Below are positions 24,874 through 39,149 of a DNA stretch of 64,000 nt, piece after piece. The position numbers and the translations under genes were made by a program. This DNA comes from Adineta vaga. Its lineage: Eukaryota; Animalia; Rotifera. The notes under the pieces are model-generated. The model did not search any database, had not been told where the DNA came from, and was given only the letters and a program-made list of their open reading frames with translations. Each line of letters begins with the position of its first letter. The first letter of the stretch is position 1. The stretch spans positions 1,612,001 to 1,676,000 of the forward strand of contig CP075494.1 in the NCBI GenBank assembly GCA_021613535.1, written 5' to 3'.

Positions 24874-27800
24874 TTAGCTTTCAATAACGGGCATTACTTG
24901 TTGACGATTATATCGCATGCAGTATTTTCTTATACTAAACATGATAAGAGCAACGAATCGTGGTACTATTTGTTTTAAAATCGTAACTAAACCACCGATC
25001 AATCCTATAATTGTAGTTATAATATAAATCACACTGTTCTTCGTTTCGTACACATAACGACATTCTGATACTACACATTCATTGTAGTAATTTCCATATT
25101 TTATTGATTCATTCCATTGATTTACCATTAACTTGTTCAGAACATCTTCCATCGTTGAGTTTATCATAAACTCAACTAACATAGATGGATCAAGAGCAGT
25201 TACATTCATTGGTGTAGATCGATTGAAATATGATTGCACTTTACTTATGCATGTTTGATTAAAAAAACAGCGAAGATCTGATTTCAATAATGATTCGACA
25301 GCATAACAACCAAAATACATACCTGGCACTTTGTATAATATTGTTGGAATCAAACCATTATATATTTTAGATTCTGATGCACACTTAGCGGACACAGCAC
25401 AGCTGCAGTTACCGTAAACATACGATCCCGAAGTTACACTGTAATTCTGATACACTCGAAGGTAAGCATTTGTTCCGCCAGTAGGAAATAAACTATTACT
25501 CTGGATCATTTGTCGAATTGATGAAAGTGATAACAAAAAAGTGTTTATTGTTGTTGATCTGAATTGAGAAATGAGTGATTCAATTTGAAGTTGAAATAGT
25601 TCTGGAGTGAGGACAGATGCACTCACAAACTGACTTGAATCGAATTCAGTCAAACGATTCTCGATTGTTTGAGTGCTCAAATCACAAAATGCTTGGAGTG
25701 TTTGGAAAGTAGTTAAACTAGTAACGCGAAAATCGTCGGCGTATAACCCTGTGCTTGGACGTGCACGTATAAGGTAATCGAACCAATCTTGCGTTATGAA
25801 AACACTGTTGCATATTTGATGAAGTGTATAGTCAATATGAAGAAATTTGTCATGACTTGTAGAGATTTGTTTGCAATCACATGATAATGTTTGTGAATAT
25901 TCGGAATACAGCTGTAGATATTGTGTGATTGATGGTGAGATGACTTTGTTAGTTTGTGTGATATTAATTAATGATGTGTAGAGAAGAAGAATAGTTAATG
26001 AGAGAATAAGCAGAATAATGAATAATCGTGTTGATATGTGTTGATTTCGAAGTTGATGTTCATCTTCTGTTGGTGGAGTCGATGGAAACAGGTTAAAATT
26101 TTGTACAAAGACTTTTAGGTCACGGTTTATTGTTTGAAATCGATTTTCATTGGGAATTCCTTGAGGAATAAATAGAATAAAAGGTATAGGAGATAATATA
26201 CATAAAGAACCATATGTTGCTTTTAGTTTATCATTCAAGTTTGACTTCAGAATCGTTCATCTTAACTGTATAGTACGAATGTCATCACGTAAGAGTAGAT
26301 GCATAGATTAGTGTCATGGTGTACTAATATGATTTACTACTGCACAGAGTAATGTTCCTATCAGAGCTGGCAACACGCCATTTTTTTCTAGCCTGGCTTG
26401 GCCTGCCTGGAGTAAGACTGGGGTAGCCTGCTTGTTTTCTTAGCCTGACCTGACAGGCCAGCTGATGCTTGTAATTTTTTCAAACCGATTGGTTTTTATG
26501 AGATAGGATGATGTACAATTTCAGTGTTGACAATTCAGTATTTTCATGACCATAACGGAAAGAAAGTTCTTACACAAAATAGTAATTTTAGTTGAGCACT
26601 ATGAATACATATAGAGAGCTTCATTGACTTGTGGATCGTAAGAGAGCTTTTACGTAAAATTGGTATCGAAAACGAAGATTTTTCTTCTATATAGAGCGTT
26701 ATATAAAGAAAAGTCATTGATATTTAATATCTATCGCGAGGATTTTCATAATTTTCTTGTATATATATGTATGATCTTTTTCTGACCTTCTTACGGAAGG
26801 TGATCATGCTATTCTGACACATCTGAAGTCAAATAAAACCTTGTCAAGTGCTTAAATAAGGTACAGCTAGGAAAATCAAAACAAAGAGACAATCATCGTG
26901 AATATCTTTCATTAAATAAAGAGTCAAATTTTTGAAATATTTCCATAATTTACTACAAAGAAACAGTTTCATTCCTCAACCAGGCCAACAACTTTGGCCT
27001 GCTCTTGCCTGCAGGCAGGCCAGGCCAAATTTTTAAAAACTCAGTCTGGCTCGGAGCCCTGCTCGTCATAACAGTCGCCTGTTATGACGAGCAGCTTTGA
27101 TTTCTATATAGAATTGAATTCCAAAAATGCCATAGAACATAAATCTCGGCAAGCACTTTAAATATCTGATTCTTTTGACTATGTTTCCTATCAAGTGTGG
27201 TGGTGCCGTAATAAGTCGAACATTACTAAATATTATATATGACGCAGCGATACAGTGGTACAGTTGTAGGAACATACATGTGTCAAATCCTAGCTATATA
27301 CTCAACTGTGGATCATGTATGGTCGTACTATCGCATAAATTTAGTATAAAATTAAAATGCACCAAATCATAATAATTTTATCACCTTAAAGATAACTCTA
27401 GACACTATACAAAAATTCAATTGATGTCATATAGTAAACCATGTTCTTCGTTGTTTTTCTACCATAAAATAGCATATTCTAGCGAAGCTTCAAATCAAAT
27501 GTAGCTCGGACATTAACAAAACATCGGCTTGCCCTTATAATACATACGATACTAAAATGATTCATCTTATTACTTCAACCTGTCTTTTGTGAGTGCCTAA
27601 AATGAAATTTGAAACAATTCAAATTTTATCATTTGCTCTATCTATAGTCTCACGTAAAATACATGCCGCAGACAGTTCTAATTTCCCAAATAGTCCTACT
27701 TTTGCTAAGACCCATAACGAAAAAAACTATATCTCTACACTATCAACGAATTGTAACAAACTACGAAAACCATAAAGCTTTTTAGTTGAACATATGAACT

Positions 27801-30800
27801 GCTAATTACGCAGCTATGCTCAGATCATACAAATCTTACCTGCTTCTATTGTCACCGTCTGCTGTTTTCTGAATACAAAACTGATTACACGGGGTATGAT
27901 TAATTTTAGAACTGTAATTAAACCACCGATCAATCCTATAATTGTAGTTATAATATAAATCATACTGTTCTTCGTTTCGTACACATAACGACATTCTGAT
28001 ACTACACATTCATTGTAGTAATTTCCATATTTTATTGATTCATTCCATTGATTTACCATTAACTTGTTCAGAACATCTTCCATTGTCGAATTTATCATAA
28101 ACTCAACTAGTATAGATGGATCAAGAGCGGTTACATTGATTGGTGTAGATCGATTGAAATATGATTGCACTTTCCTTATACATGTTTGATTATAAAAACA
28201 TCGAAGATCCGATTGCAATAATGATTCGACAGTATAACAACCAAAATACATACCTGGCACTTCATATAATGTTGTAGGATCCAAACCATTGTAGATTACA
28301 GATTGTGTTACACATTTAGCCGATGTTTTGCAGTCGCAATTACCATACCTCCCTAAGATAATATATATAGAAACGTAATTAAGCGTATAAAGCAGAGCGT
28401 TTGTTTGTTCCGGCAGAAAATAAACTATTACTCTGGATCATTTGTCGAATTGATGAAAGTGATATTAAAAATGTGTTGATTGTTGTTGATTTGAATTGAG
28501 AAATGAGTGATTCAATTTGTAGTTCAAATAGTTCTGGAACGAGCACAGATGCACTCACGAATTGATTTGAGTAGAATTCAGTCAAACGATTCACAATTGT
28601 TTGATTGCTCAAATCACAAAATGTTTGCAGTGTTTGGAAAGTAATTAAACTGCTAAGGAGGAAATCTTCGCTATACAACTGTGTAATTGGACGTGCACGT
28701 AGAAGGTAATCGAGCCAATCTTGCGTTATGAAAACACTGTTGCATATTTGATGAAGTGTATAGCTAATCTGAAGAAATTTGTCATGACTTGTAGAGATTT
28801 GTTTGCAATCACATGATAATGTTTGTGAGTATTCGGAATACAACTGTAAATATTTTGTGATTGATGGTGAAGTGACTGTTTTAGTTTGTGTAATGTTAAT
28901 TAATGATGTGTAGAGAAGAAGAATCGTTAATGAGAGAATAAGGAGAATAATGAATAATCGTGTTGATATGTGTTGATTTCGAAGTTGATGTTCATCTTCT
29001 GTTGGTGGAGTCGATGGAAACAAGTTAAAAGTTAGCACATCATTTTTTATTCTTTGACGAAGACTTTCTTGCGTTTCATGTTGAGACAGCTCTTTAAAAT
29101 TCAAAACAACACTCTCTTATTCATCACGTGAATAATTAATATTACTAGCAAGCTTCAAAACCTAACGGTTACGGGTGGGAATCTCTTGCCCTCTATCGGT
29201 TTCTGTTTTGCTTCTTTTAATAATGCCTCATGTTTCGTAAACTATAGCATTACTATGAAACACATCCCAGTTCACGGAACCTGTGCGATACAGGAGGAAA
29301 CAGTCCAGTATTTTTTATGGAAAACATCTCCATATTGTTTGTTATCCATAAACTTTGGGTTTTTCGTATAGAGTCCGGCGGTTCCAGAAATTACCCGGAT
29401 TCGGAACCGCGGCTCCGGTTCCGAACCCACTTAGTAAAATTGAAAAAAAAGCGGTTCTACGTTCGGTTCCGAAAAACTTAGATGGAACAGTTATAATTCA
29501 GTCATGTTATCGTAAACAGTTCGTTCTGTTCTATTATCAAAAAATATCTATCTTTTCCTTTGGATTGTTCATATTCATTATTTTATTCAATAGAAATTTC
29601 TTTAAATTAAATTATAAAGAAATGAAAATGGAAACATGTATAATATGAAATGTTTCAATATAACTATAGACATTACAATAAATGAATTAATTCTAAAACA
29701 CGTTGATGTCATCATTTTCCCCATGAATATCATAACATAGCAGGGGCTACCAGGACTTATCTGTTTGAGATTTATTCCGTGTGCAGGATTTATTCCGATT
29801 TATTTATTTCATATGGATTTATTCTCAGGCTACTGCTCTCACCTACATCTTCATCCACAGCCTCAAGTATATAGCCCATGTTACCCGAACCGCTCCAGAA
29901 CCGTCGGTTAACCGAGGTTAAACGTTCGGTTAACTGGGCGCTTAACCGTTCCGGTTACCGCGGTTCTACAGCAATATATTTTTTCATTTCTAACTGAACA
30001 AATATTTTTAAAATCTTTAAAAACTGTCAGATTTGATTCAAAATCACGCCTTCTTATATTGCTAAGCGTGCTGAAGCCGCTGGAATCAGCCACATCGCGA
30101 AATTGCGTCTAGTTTTCGAGTTTGAGCATAATTAAAGATGGTGCTACAAAAAATAATCATTTGTTACAGTGATACCGTATGATCTCGAATTTAGAAAAAT
30201 TCGATATAACTTCTTACAACAAGTTTTAATCGGATTGTTAAGATGAGAATCAATATATCCATGACGAATAATACCGATATAGTGGGAAAATCAATGAGAA
30301 AGAGCCTACAAACGATTTTAACCGACTATTTTTTAAGAGAATACCGGTAGCCGCTGGTTTTGAGAAAAAATCGACGACATGGGAGTAGATTACAAAGAGA
30401 AATATAATGAAATATCAACTACGTAGCGAAAAAAGAACGCAAAGAAAATATACGTTAATCTATATGATCGATCTATAATAGAATATTACGATAAATCGAT
30501 TAATCACTTTCCCAAAAGATCATCTGACAATAATAAAACACAGATGACAACAGTTGTCATTTCCCAATTTTTCGGTTCTAACGGTTCCGATTCCGATTCT
30601 ACCGTTACGTATTTTACATGTCCGATTCCGATTCTGGTTACGAAAACTTAAAATATCTCGGTTACGGTTCGGTTTTCGATCCCGTTTTTCCTGGAACTGC
30701 CAGACTCTATTTTCGTAACTCAGTTTTCCTAGACAGCGCATGCAATTTCAGATTTTTAGATTTCTTTAAAGTTGATTTATAAGAAAATCTCTGAAATGCA

Positions 30801-32156
30801 AGCGATCCTGACAAAATGAGAACGCTCTTACTATTTGGAAGCTATAAGTAGGACATTTTCAGTCTCACGTTTCCCGTAGAAATCTAGCTATGTTCACATC
30901 ATACAAATCTTACCTGCTTCTATTGTCACCGTCTGCTGTTTTCTGAATACAAAACTGATTACACGGGGTATGATTAATTTTAGAACTGTAATTAAACCAC
31001 CGATCAATCCTATAATTGTAGTTATAATATAAATCATACTGTTCTTCGTTTCGTACACATAACGACATTCTGATACTACACATTCATTGTAGTAATTTCC
31101 ATATTTTATTGATTCATTCCATTGATTTACCATTAACTTGTTCAGAACATCTTCCATCGTTGAGTTTATCATAAACTCAACTAACATAGATGGATCAAGA
31201 GCAGTTACATTCATTGGTGTAGATCGATTGAAATATGATTGCACTTTACTTATGCATGTTTGATTAAAAAAACAGCGAAGATCTGATTTCAATAGTGATT
31301 CGACAGCATAACAACCAAAATACATACCTGGCACCTCATATAATATTGTTGAATCCAAACCATTGTATATTGGACATGGCCTTGAACATTTAGCTGAAGC
31401 TCCACAGCTGCAACTGTTGTATCTCAACGGGTTTCCCTTGAAGAAGTTAGTGCTCAACGCAATAAAGTCATAGTTTGTTAGTGCTGACGAAAATAAACTA
31501 TTACTCTGGATCATTTGTCGAATTGATGAAAGTGATAACAAAAAAGTGTTTATTGTTGTTGATCTGAATTGAGAAATGAGTGATTCAATTTGAAGTTGAA
31601 ATAGTTCTGGAGTGAGGACAGATGCACTCACAAACTGACTTGAATCGAATTCAGTCAAACGATTCTCGATTGTTTGAGTGCTCAAATCACAAAATGTGGA
31701 CAATGTCTGAAAAACAGATATACTGGCAGTTCGAAAATCGTCGCTAGGTAGAATTCCAGATGGATGTGCCCGATGAAGGTAATCGAGCCAATCTTGCGTT
31801 ATGAAAACACTGTTGCATATTTGATGAAGTGTATAGTCAATATGAAGAAATTTGTCATGACTTGTAGAGATTTGTTTGCAATCACATGATAATGTTTGTG
31901 AATATTCGGAATACAGCTGTAGATATTGTGTGATTGATGGTGAGATGACTTTGTTAGTTTGTGTGATATTAATTAATGATGTGTAGAGAAGAAGAATAGT
32001 TAATGAGAGAATAAGCAGAATAATGAAAAATCGTGTTGATATGTGTTGATTTCGAAGTTGATGTTCATCTTCTGTTGGTGGAGTCGATGGAAATAGGTTA
32101 AAATTTTCAATGGCTAATCGAAATCTTCGCAAGAAATCACGGAGATTGAGCGGCAT
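24874..32156 (-). CDS. Three-exon gene encoding three tandem copies of a two-TM Cys-rich membrane domain; exons 32156-30914, 29091-27840 (with a 4-bp duplication frameshift), 26159-24874
   Basis: Donors GCAG|GTAAGA at 30914 and 27840 and acceptors TTTTAAAG|AG (29091) and TTCCTCAAG|GA (26159) are all phase 1. Exon lengths are 1243/1252/1286. The domain reads NLF...STRxFIILL...CDC...CxC...YYNEC...IIGLIGGL. Confidence 0.8.
26362..27061. mobile_element. Putative hAT-type MITE in intron 2
   Basis: Ends CAGAGC.../...GCCCTG with oppositely oriented GCCTG/CAGGC subterminal repeats. No clear TSD. Confidence 0.4.
29160..30730. mobile_element. Decayed non-autonomous DNA-transposon remnants rich in AACCG/CGGTT motifs (intron 1)
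   Basis: Clusters of GAACCG/CGGTTC at about 29370-29475, 29880-29970 and 30570-30690. Confidence 0.4.
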
Positions 32157-33097
32157 GTTTCTGGCTGCAAAAGTGTCAAACGAATTAATATAATGAAATA
32201 TTCCTTTGTGTTATTCAAAAAGAGAAAAGTTAAAGGAAGTTTTACGTACTACTGTGGCATATTTCACACAGGTGAATTTTTTTTGAAATACATTGTAATG
32301 TCTTTACATGGTGCGGTATTGCATGAAGTGGACAGATAAATGGTTAGAATGTAAAAGAAACGACCTCATATATTTTATTTATTGGCTGTGCTTAGTGATA
32401 AACGGCGAGTGCAATGAGCTACCCTGGGAACGAGAAGTAAACAAAAATTCTTTTTTGATTTTCAGTTTCAGTAGTTTTACAAAGATTGCCGCATTGAATT
32501 GGCGTATATTTTGCATAAACAGCAAAGGTATTGAAGGAAGAAAATTATGATCTTTAATCTTTGATTTGGAGAAATTGTGTACATTATGGGTTAGTTTTCA
32601 CTGATAAAGCAGGAGAAAGAGTATTTCAGAATTTGTGATAGCTGAATTGCAGATTGAGAGAAACTTTGATGATCTTTTCTCTAAAAGAGCATGATGTATT
32701 CTAACACGAAACATACATCAAAAGTCACACCAAGAGTATTTAGCAGCTTCATTTTGACTCAGAGCTTGAGCAACGCATTTGGGCACTAGTTAAAGATTAG
32801 CATCTCTGTATGCACTTCAAAGAAGAATATCCTATAGAATCAATATACTTTGAGTAAACAGCTGTTTGGTTTAGAGATCTAGCTCATTCACGGGTAAAAA
32901 TTACGCAAAACCGTCCGTAACCGGTGAATTCAAAAACCACGATCTCCAATACATTCATTGCAGTTTTATTTAAAACGTTTTCCCTATGATTTTTAATTCG
33001 CAGTCTCTTGTCAAAATAATTCGATAATATATGACTTTTGGATTACTGAGTATGATGCGAATATATTCTATTATACAACGAAACCATATGTTTTGAC

Positions 33098-33473
33098 CAG
33101 TGACGTAACCAGGATTTTTAGACAGATGGGGAAACTTTGCTGGCGTCGAAAAAAATCAATGAACTCCAATGGGCAAAATCTTTTTTGATGGGCCAAATCT
33201 TCCCTTCTTCCTCGGTAAAAGTCGATAATTATAATAACATGGAAAAGAAGTATAAGTAGATGATCGAACAGTTATATTTTTGTTGTCTGGTTTGTTTTCA
33301 TGAACTCTTTACGAAAAAGAGAAGTTAAAGCAATGCATCTGTGATTCAAACCGCAGAAAACGACAAGAAATACAATGAAAATGGTTAATATTTTAATAGA
33401 GTTAAATTACAATGGCAAATCTCAAAATGAAACGGGTAATCGCCCATTTGCCCCTTCCCCGGATACGCCACTG
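33098..33473. mobile_element. hAT-type MITE
   Basis: TIRs CAGTGACGTAACC / GGATACGCCACTG; 8-bp flanks GTTTTGAC vs ATTCTGAC (6/8 match, decayed TSD). Confidence 0.7.
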
Positions 33474-33944
33474 ATTCTGACATCTAGTTGACTGACAGCA
33501 ATATTTTAACGGAGATACGAACATATACATTATATTAAAAAGAGGATAATGCATAGAGAGGGCTCAGTCCCTATCATTATTATTGTATCCTCTGCCTCAA
33601 CTTAGAAGTTTCTTTGGACCCTTCTATTGTAATTCAAGTATTACTAAATATTTGATGCAGCTGTCAAATCACACATCTGTAAAAAATTTAGTATATACTC
33701 TTAATAATATAACCTAAGAACACAGTCTAACGTAACAATAATCCATTGTTTTTGTCAATGACCGAAAATTTTATCTATAACTCGTTTGTTAGAGATAGAA
33801 TTCCTAAGATAGTTTTTGATTATTTGCATCTTTGAAAATAACTTTTCACTACTTGTTTGCGAAATCGGTATTGTCATTGCGTTTTTTTACCACCCACGCC
33901 GAATAATCCGACAGTTGGATCCCATAAAATCCTATCGGATCCGA

Positions 33945-34200
33945 TAGAGTAAGTTTGACTTGGACCATTTTGATTGTTTGTGGAAATTCATCTACGAAAG
34001 GAATTAGTTCATCTAGGAATTGAACAACGTCATTAATTATTTTCGACTGAACCATAGGTTTCATAGCAATAAATTTGTTTTTTAATGCATTTGAATCTGC
34101 ATCAATCTGCGACTGAGCTAATATATGCAATCAATATTTAACAAGTTTTCACTGTCGGACAAACTGTTAATATAGTCTTCAACATTGACAACATTTTTGA
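33945..34200 (-). pseudogene. Possible hAT-transposase C-terminal fragment
   Basis: FPQTIKMVQVKLTL resembles the segment just before the hAT dimerisation motif. Weak evidence. Confidence 0.3.
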
Positions 34201-36810
34201 TGAAAATCTGTCATTCAGTTCACCTCACATACAATCGATCAAAGGAAAATGTATTCTATTCATAATAAAAGGATCGATAAATAATGACATCACTTTCAGA
34301 GAAATTCTAAATTCATATTTTTTTAATCTAAGGGCGCTCAGCCGCCACTAGACCTCAGCACAACTATGCTAGAGGTCAACAATTAACGTCGATTGATTTA
34401 TTCAATGCATCTATATGGAACGTCTTACTTTGAAGTGGTAAGTACAGATATCTAGCATCCAAACACAAAACATTGGGTTTAGAATGGGAGGGAACGAGGC
34501 GGGGAGAGGAATAGCTTTGTGGCGACGCCAGGAACAGACTACAGGGGACTATGCATACCCATATTTTTAAACTTTTTATAGAAAACTAGTCTTTATCTTA
34601 CAAAAATTCGAGATTTTTATGAATAAACCCATCCCATTTAAAAATTCTTGTGCCGTCCTTAAAAGAGTTAAAAACTCAAATAATAAATATATACGAGTCT
34701 CACAAAGACATTCCCATTGGTGAAAAGTCTTGCTTTGCTTAGGTTTTAAAAATAAATCCTAAAGAAAATGAATTTTCCGTTCATCTTCCTTAGTAAGAAC
34801 CCTTTTTTTGGATTGATCATTATATAACAAATGATTTTCTAATAATAATCTGCTTCATCACTAAAGGTAATAGAAAAGTCATATACAATGTAATAATACA
34901 TTTCAAATATTAGCTATGAATCTGATTTCTTTTTTACCGAATGTTTTTCAAAACAAACTCTATGGAGAATCTATGATGATAATATACGGATAGTACTAAA
35001 ATAAACGAACAACAACGATTAATTCTGAACGTTATTGTAACACCATAAATGATAAGACGCTGTTTACACAAAAAAAGTAGCTGAATTTGTGAGTAGAATA
35101 CGAATACTTACTATAATTTTATGCTGATAAGAAAAATATTTGCTTCCAGAATGACAAATATTTTAGTTAGTAACAGAAAATATCTGCCAGTTTCTATGAT
35201 GAAAAAGTTTGAAAAGAAATGTAATTTGTGAAACCACTATGTGTTATTTTACATTCCAGTAGCTGCGTGTTAATACAAGAGATGCCTAAATAGAGAAAAA
35301 CAAAATTTCACAATTGAATGAAGTAGTCAAGGTTTTATTTTTATTTTCTATTGTTTACTTATACAAAACTACGAAACATTATTTTTCACATCTCACCTCA
35401 AACAATTTGAAATATCATGTACAATAAATTAAAATGACTTGGAAACTGAACAAAAATCTCAAATTGTGAACACGTTGCAAACGGAACAGTGTATTTATAA
35501 AAGATCATTATCAAAAAACAAAAAACTTTTCGTAAAATATCTCTACTCAATAGATATTGTATTAATTTGTCATACACACAGTTTTTTCATTACTGTCAAC
35601 AAATGATTTCATAGCCCTGATGAAATTACTTGTTCAGAGAATGTACATAATCTATTCTTTTCTAATTACACGTATTGCTTATTAATTTAAAACCCGAGTA
35701 ATACGTCAAATGATACAAGGACTCTGACATATTTTCGTTGATGGATTTTTCGATCATACTATGTGAGTTTGAAAGTGAGAAACAGCATGCCTAATTAGCA
35801 ATAATAGGTTATAAAAAAATTACTATAAAGAATGAAATCATGTTGCAATCGGCAAAAAAAAGAATCATTTTTCAAATCATTCTCAAAATGAAAGATGATC
35901 GAATAACGTTAGCGTTTCTATAGTATTTTACATCGATAAGAAAAACATAGATTTTCATGTTAGGATAAATCAAATTACTGTAATTGAAAAGCATTTTCAT
36001 TTCAATTTTGAAAACTAAGGAAAGAAAGAAGAAAAATATTAGTCATAGAATTTTCTGTTTGTTCTTGTATAGATGTGAATAAGATTTACTATTTGGAAAA
36101 ATTTTCATATTAATAAAATTACAATTTAGATAATCTCAAACATTGTTTTAACAATTAATTATGAATCAGATTGATATTGTTATTAAATGATAAATAAAAG
36201 TTTAACATCAGAAAAGAAACGTTTCTTATCGAGCGCTTGTTAAAATAAAATTTCCTATAACAAAATTTGTCATAAAGAAAACTGTTACAATAAAACTACT
36301 GTCGTCATCAATGTTAACAGCAAGTAATGCTCCATTACAATAATAAATCTTTCCGTATGGAAAAAAGTCATAATTTGAGTTGAAGCGATGAAAAACTATT
36401 TAAGAAACGTTTTTCTTTATTATTTTTTTCTCATTTCTTATCAAAAAAATTTCTGAAAGAAACTATGTAGTAGTAGTTAGCAACGGATTCGAGTATTTGC
36501 TGCTGACATTTGCTTAGGTACTTGAGATAAGTCTGATACTTCTCAGATAGATAGAGATCATCATCCTGCATCGAACGATACTACAGTAATTTCAAAAATA
36601 TTTTTAATTCCTTTTTCTGAAAGAAAGGGTTATAGCGTAGAAACTACGGTCAATAAAATGCTAAAAGTTTGAGAGTTTGTTCAAGCCAATCAGATTGCAG
36701 CATTTTATAAACTATTGAAAACTTAATGATGGACATCTGGAAATGATCCACCCAAAGTAATCGATGTCGACGATCTCGAATCTGATGTTCGTTGGGGGGG
36801 GGGGGGGTTG

Positions 36811-37277
36811 TACTGTAAATAAAAAAGGTTTAGTACCGAACCCATCGAGAAGGTTCCGTAGGTTCTTAAAGCTTTAGAATGCGAGGACAAATCGAACGAA
36901 ATGGTTTTCAAAATCTACGAAACCTAAAAAGAATCTGACGGTGGGCACAGTCTCCGTTCCATCGTCTACGAAACCATTTTAGATCCGCGATGCGAAAAAA
37001 GGTTTCGTCGAGAGATACGAAACCTCAAGGATCAGTACTATAGTTTTATACGGAACGATTAAGGTTTCGCATCTCCCATCGGAACCTTATTCGCTTTGCA
37101 GAACTTAAAATGGTTTCGTAGACGGTGGTTCGGAGACTGTGCCCGCCGTCAGATCCTTTTTAGGTTGCGTACAATTTGAAAACTATTTCATTCGATTTGT
37201 CCTCGCACTCTAAAGCTCTTAGAACCTACGGAACCTTTTCGATGGGTTCGGTCCTAAACCTTTTTTTATTTACAGTG
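36811..37277. mobile_element. Foldback MITE with ~215-bp arms and CACTG-type (CMC/CACTA) ends
   Basis: (T/C)ACTGTAAATAAAAAAGGTTTAG ... CTAAACCTTTTTTTATTTACAGTG. The arms are inverted with scattered mismatches, and the element is inserted beside a G-run. Confidence 0.85.
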
Positions 37278-39149
37278 GGGGCAAGGTCAAAAAAACATAT
37301 TTTTTGAAAATGCTCAAACTTCAAAGATACCTTGTTTTAGTCAGCAAGTGCCTTGATAGTAGAACAAAGTGTTATTCGTATGGGAAGGTCTGTATGCTCT
37401 ATTACTCCTTCAAAGGTTTCTGAACATACTGCTAAAAGGCAGATTGTTGGTCATCGTAGTATATGTTGATTACTGTTACAAGCAACGATCTATTCATTCT
37501 GAGTTGTCTCAGTGATTTCTTAATGAATTAAACATAGAAGTGACGTATTGATGAACGGAAATGTATTCACATCTTTCACAACTTTGTAGATTGTACTAAT
37601 TGTTTTGTTAGTCATTTATCTGTTGATTTGTGAAGTAGTCAACTGGATTAAGAACAGGGAAAGTAAATTGCAGCATTTTCTTTTTGATATATTTTCGTAA
37701 TATGTCCCAGAGTATCATAATAGTTTTCTGTAGTAGTTGATTATCAAACTCTAGTTTTGAATCCGAGAAAATTTGTTATTGATGGGTGCATATATGATTA
37801 CTGACCATGTTTAACGATCGAAAATGTCATTAGAAAAAATATATTCAAAACTGTTACCTACCCGTTTAGTTACAATTTACAAAACGTTAGAATGATGCAA
37901 AAGAAATTTTTAAGAAATTATTAAGATTGAATATGTTAAACATACAATTGAGAAGAACATGTTATTTGTCAACCGATCTTCATAATTTTATCATCCTAGA
38001 ACTAGCAATTATTTCATTCCAATAGTTTGATTCGTTTGACCATGATTTAATTTACGTCGAACAAAAAAAAAGGCGCATCATTAATTCAGTAACATTTTGC
38101 AGATAAAAAATCGTGTAGCTTGAATATTTATAATTTTATTTGGTAGTCCTGTTCTCAAAATAATTTTTCAGCGAACTAGAAGTTGAATCAGAAAAGGTTG
38201 TTTTCTATTTGGATTTTGAACATAAAAAATTATACGATTTATTTCTTATTTAAATTCGATATTATCTCCTTTGATTTTCAATTCATATTACTCAAAATAA
38301 AATAAAAGAAAGCTATGTAATTGAGCAAATATTCTCTTCTGATTATTTCAAATCTTATGGAATGAGTTTCTCAACTACAATCTGTATTATTGTGGTTCAA
38401 AATATTTCGATTTCTTTTATTCATATTAGATTCACGATTGTCTGATAGTAGAGTCATTTGTTTCGTTTTTTTTGCGTTCCAAATTTCTCGAAAAGTGAAA
38501 TCGATCATATGCTTTAAATTGTTTTATTATTGTTTTATATTTATCCGGGATCGTATTGAAAGAAGAATCAATTTCTTAGAATTTTCTGATAAAAGAATAT
38601 GAACTATTGTGACAACGAATATATTTGAACACAGGTGAACATTTTTATGATTGAATAGTTATGTCAAATGATGACGAAGAGCTGTGTTCTGGAGAAAACG
38701 AAATATTTTTTTTTATTACATCTTTAGTATATCATATTAAAAAATTAGTTTTCAAATGCAGCCATGAGTTTTAGTTGTCATATGACAAAGCAAAAAGCAA
38801 ATATAGTAGCAACAAAATAGTGCTATTTATGAACATAGAACAAAATTGAATACCCGTTGATATTTCTTTTACTGCAGAAAAAAAAGACATTGATTTTTTT
38901 GTATGAAATCTGCAAAGAATTTTACGTCATATATTGCTGATTCATGATGGCTGATAGAAATCAGTGTTACCGATTGTAAATTGAATTCAATCTTGTCAAA
39001 GAAAAAATTTTATGATTGGATTGACGCCCATTGTTCTTATTGTTATAGAATAGATGTCGTATTAAATCAAGAATTTTCATCCGTACGATGTGTTAGTTCT
39101 TTAGAAAATTTTCTTGATTTGAATATAAACCATATGATGGTCAACCATC

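Noticed and set aside
24874-32156. Three or four independent tandem paralogous genes
   Set aside because: In-phase splice sites at the ORF boundaries fit one three-exon gene; the listed non-ATG N-termini are intronic.
32200-38900. Small ORFs in the AT-rich gene-poor stretch
   Set aside because: No domain signatures or splice structure; only MITEs and possible transposase debris can be supported.
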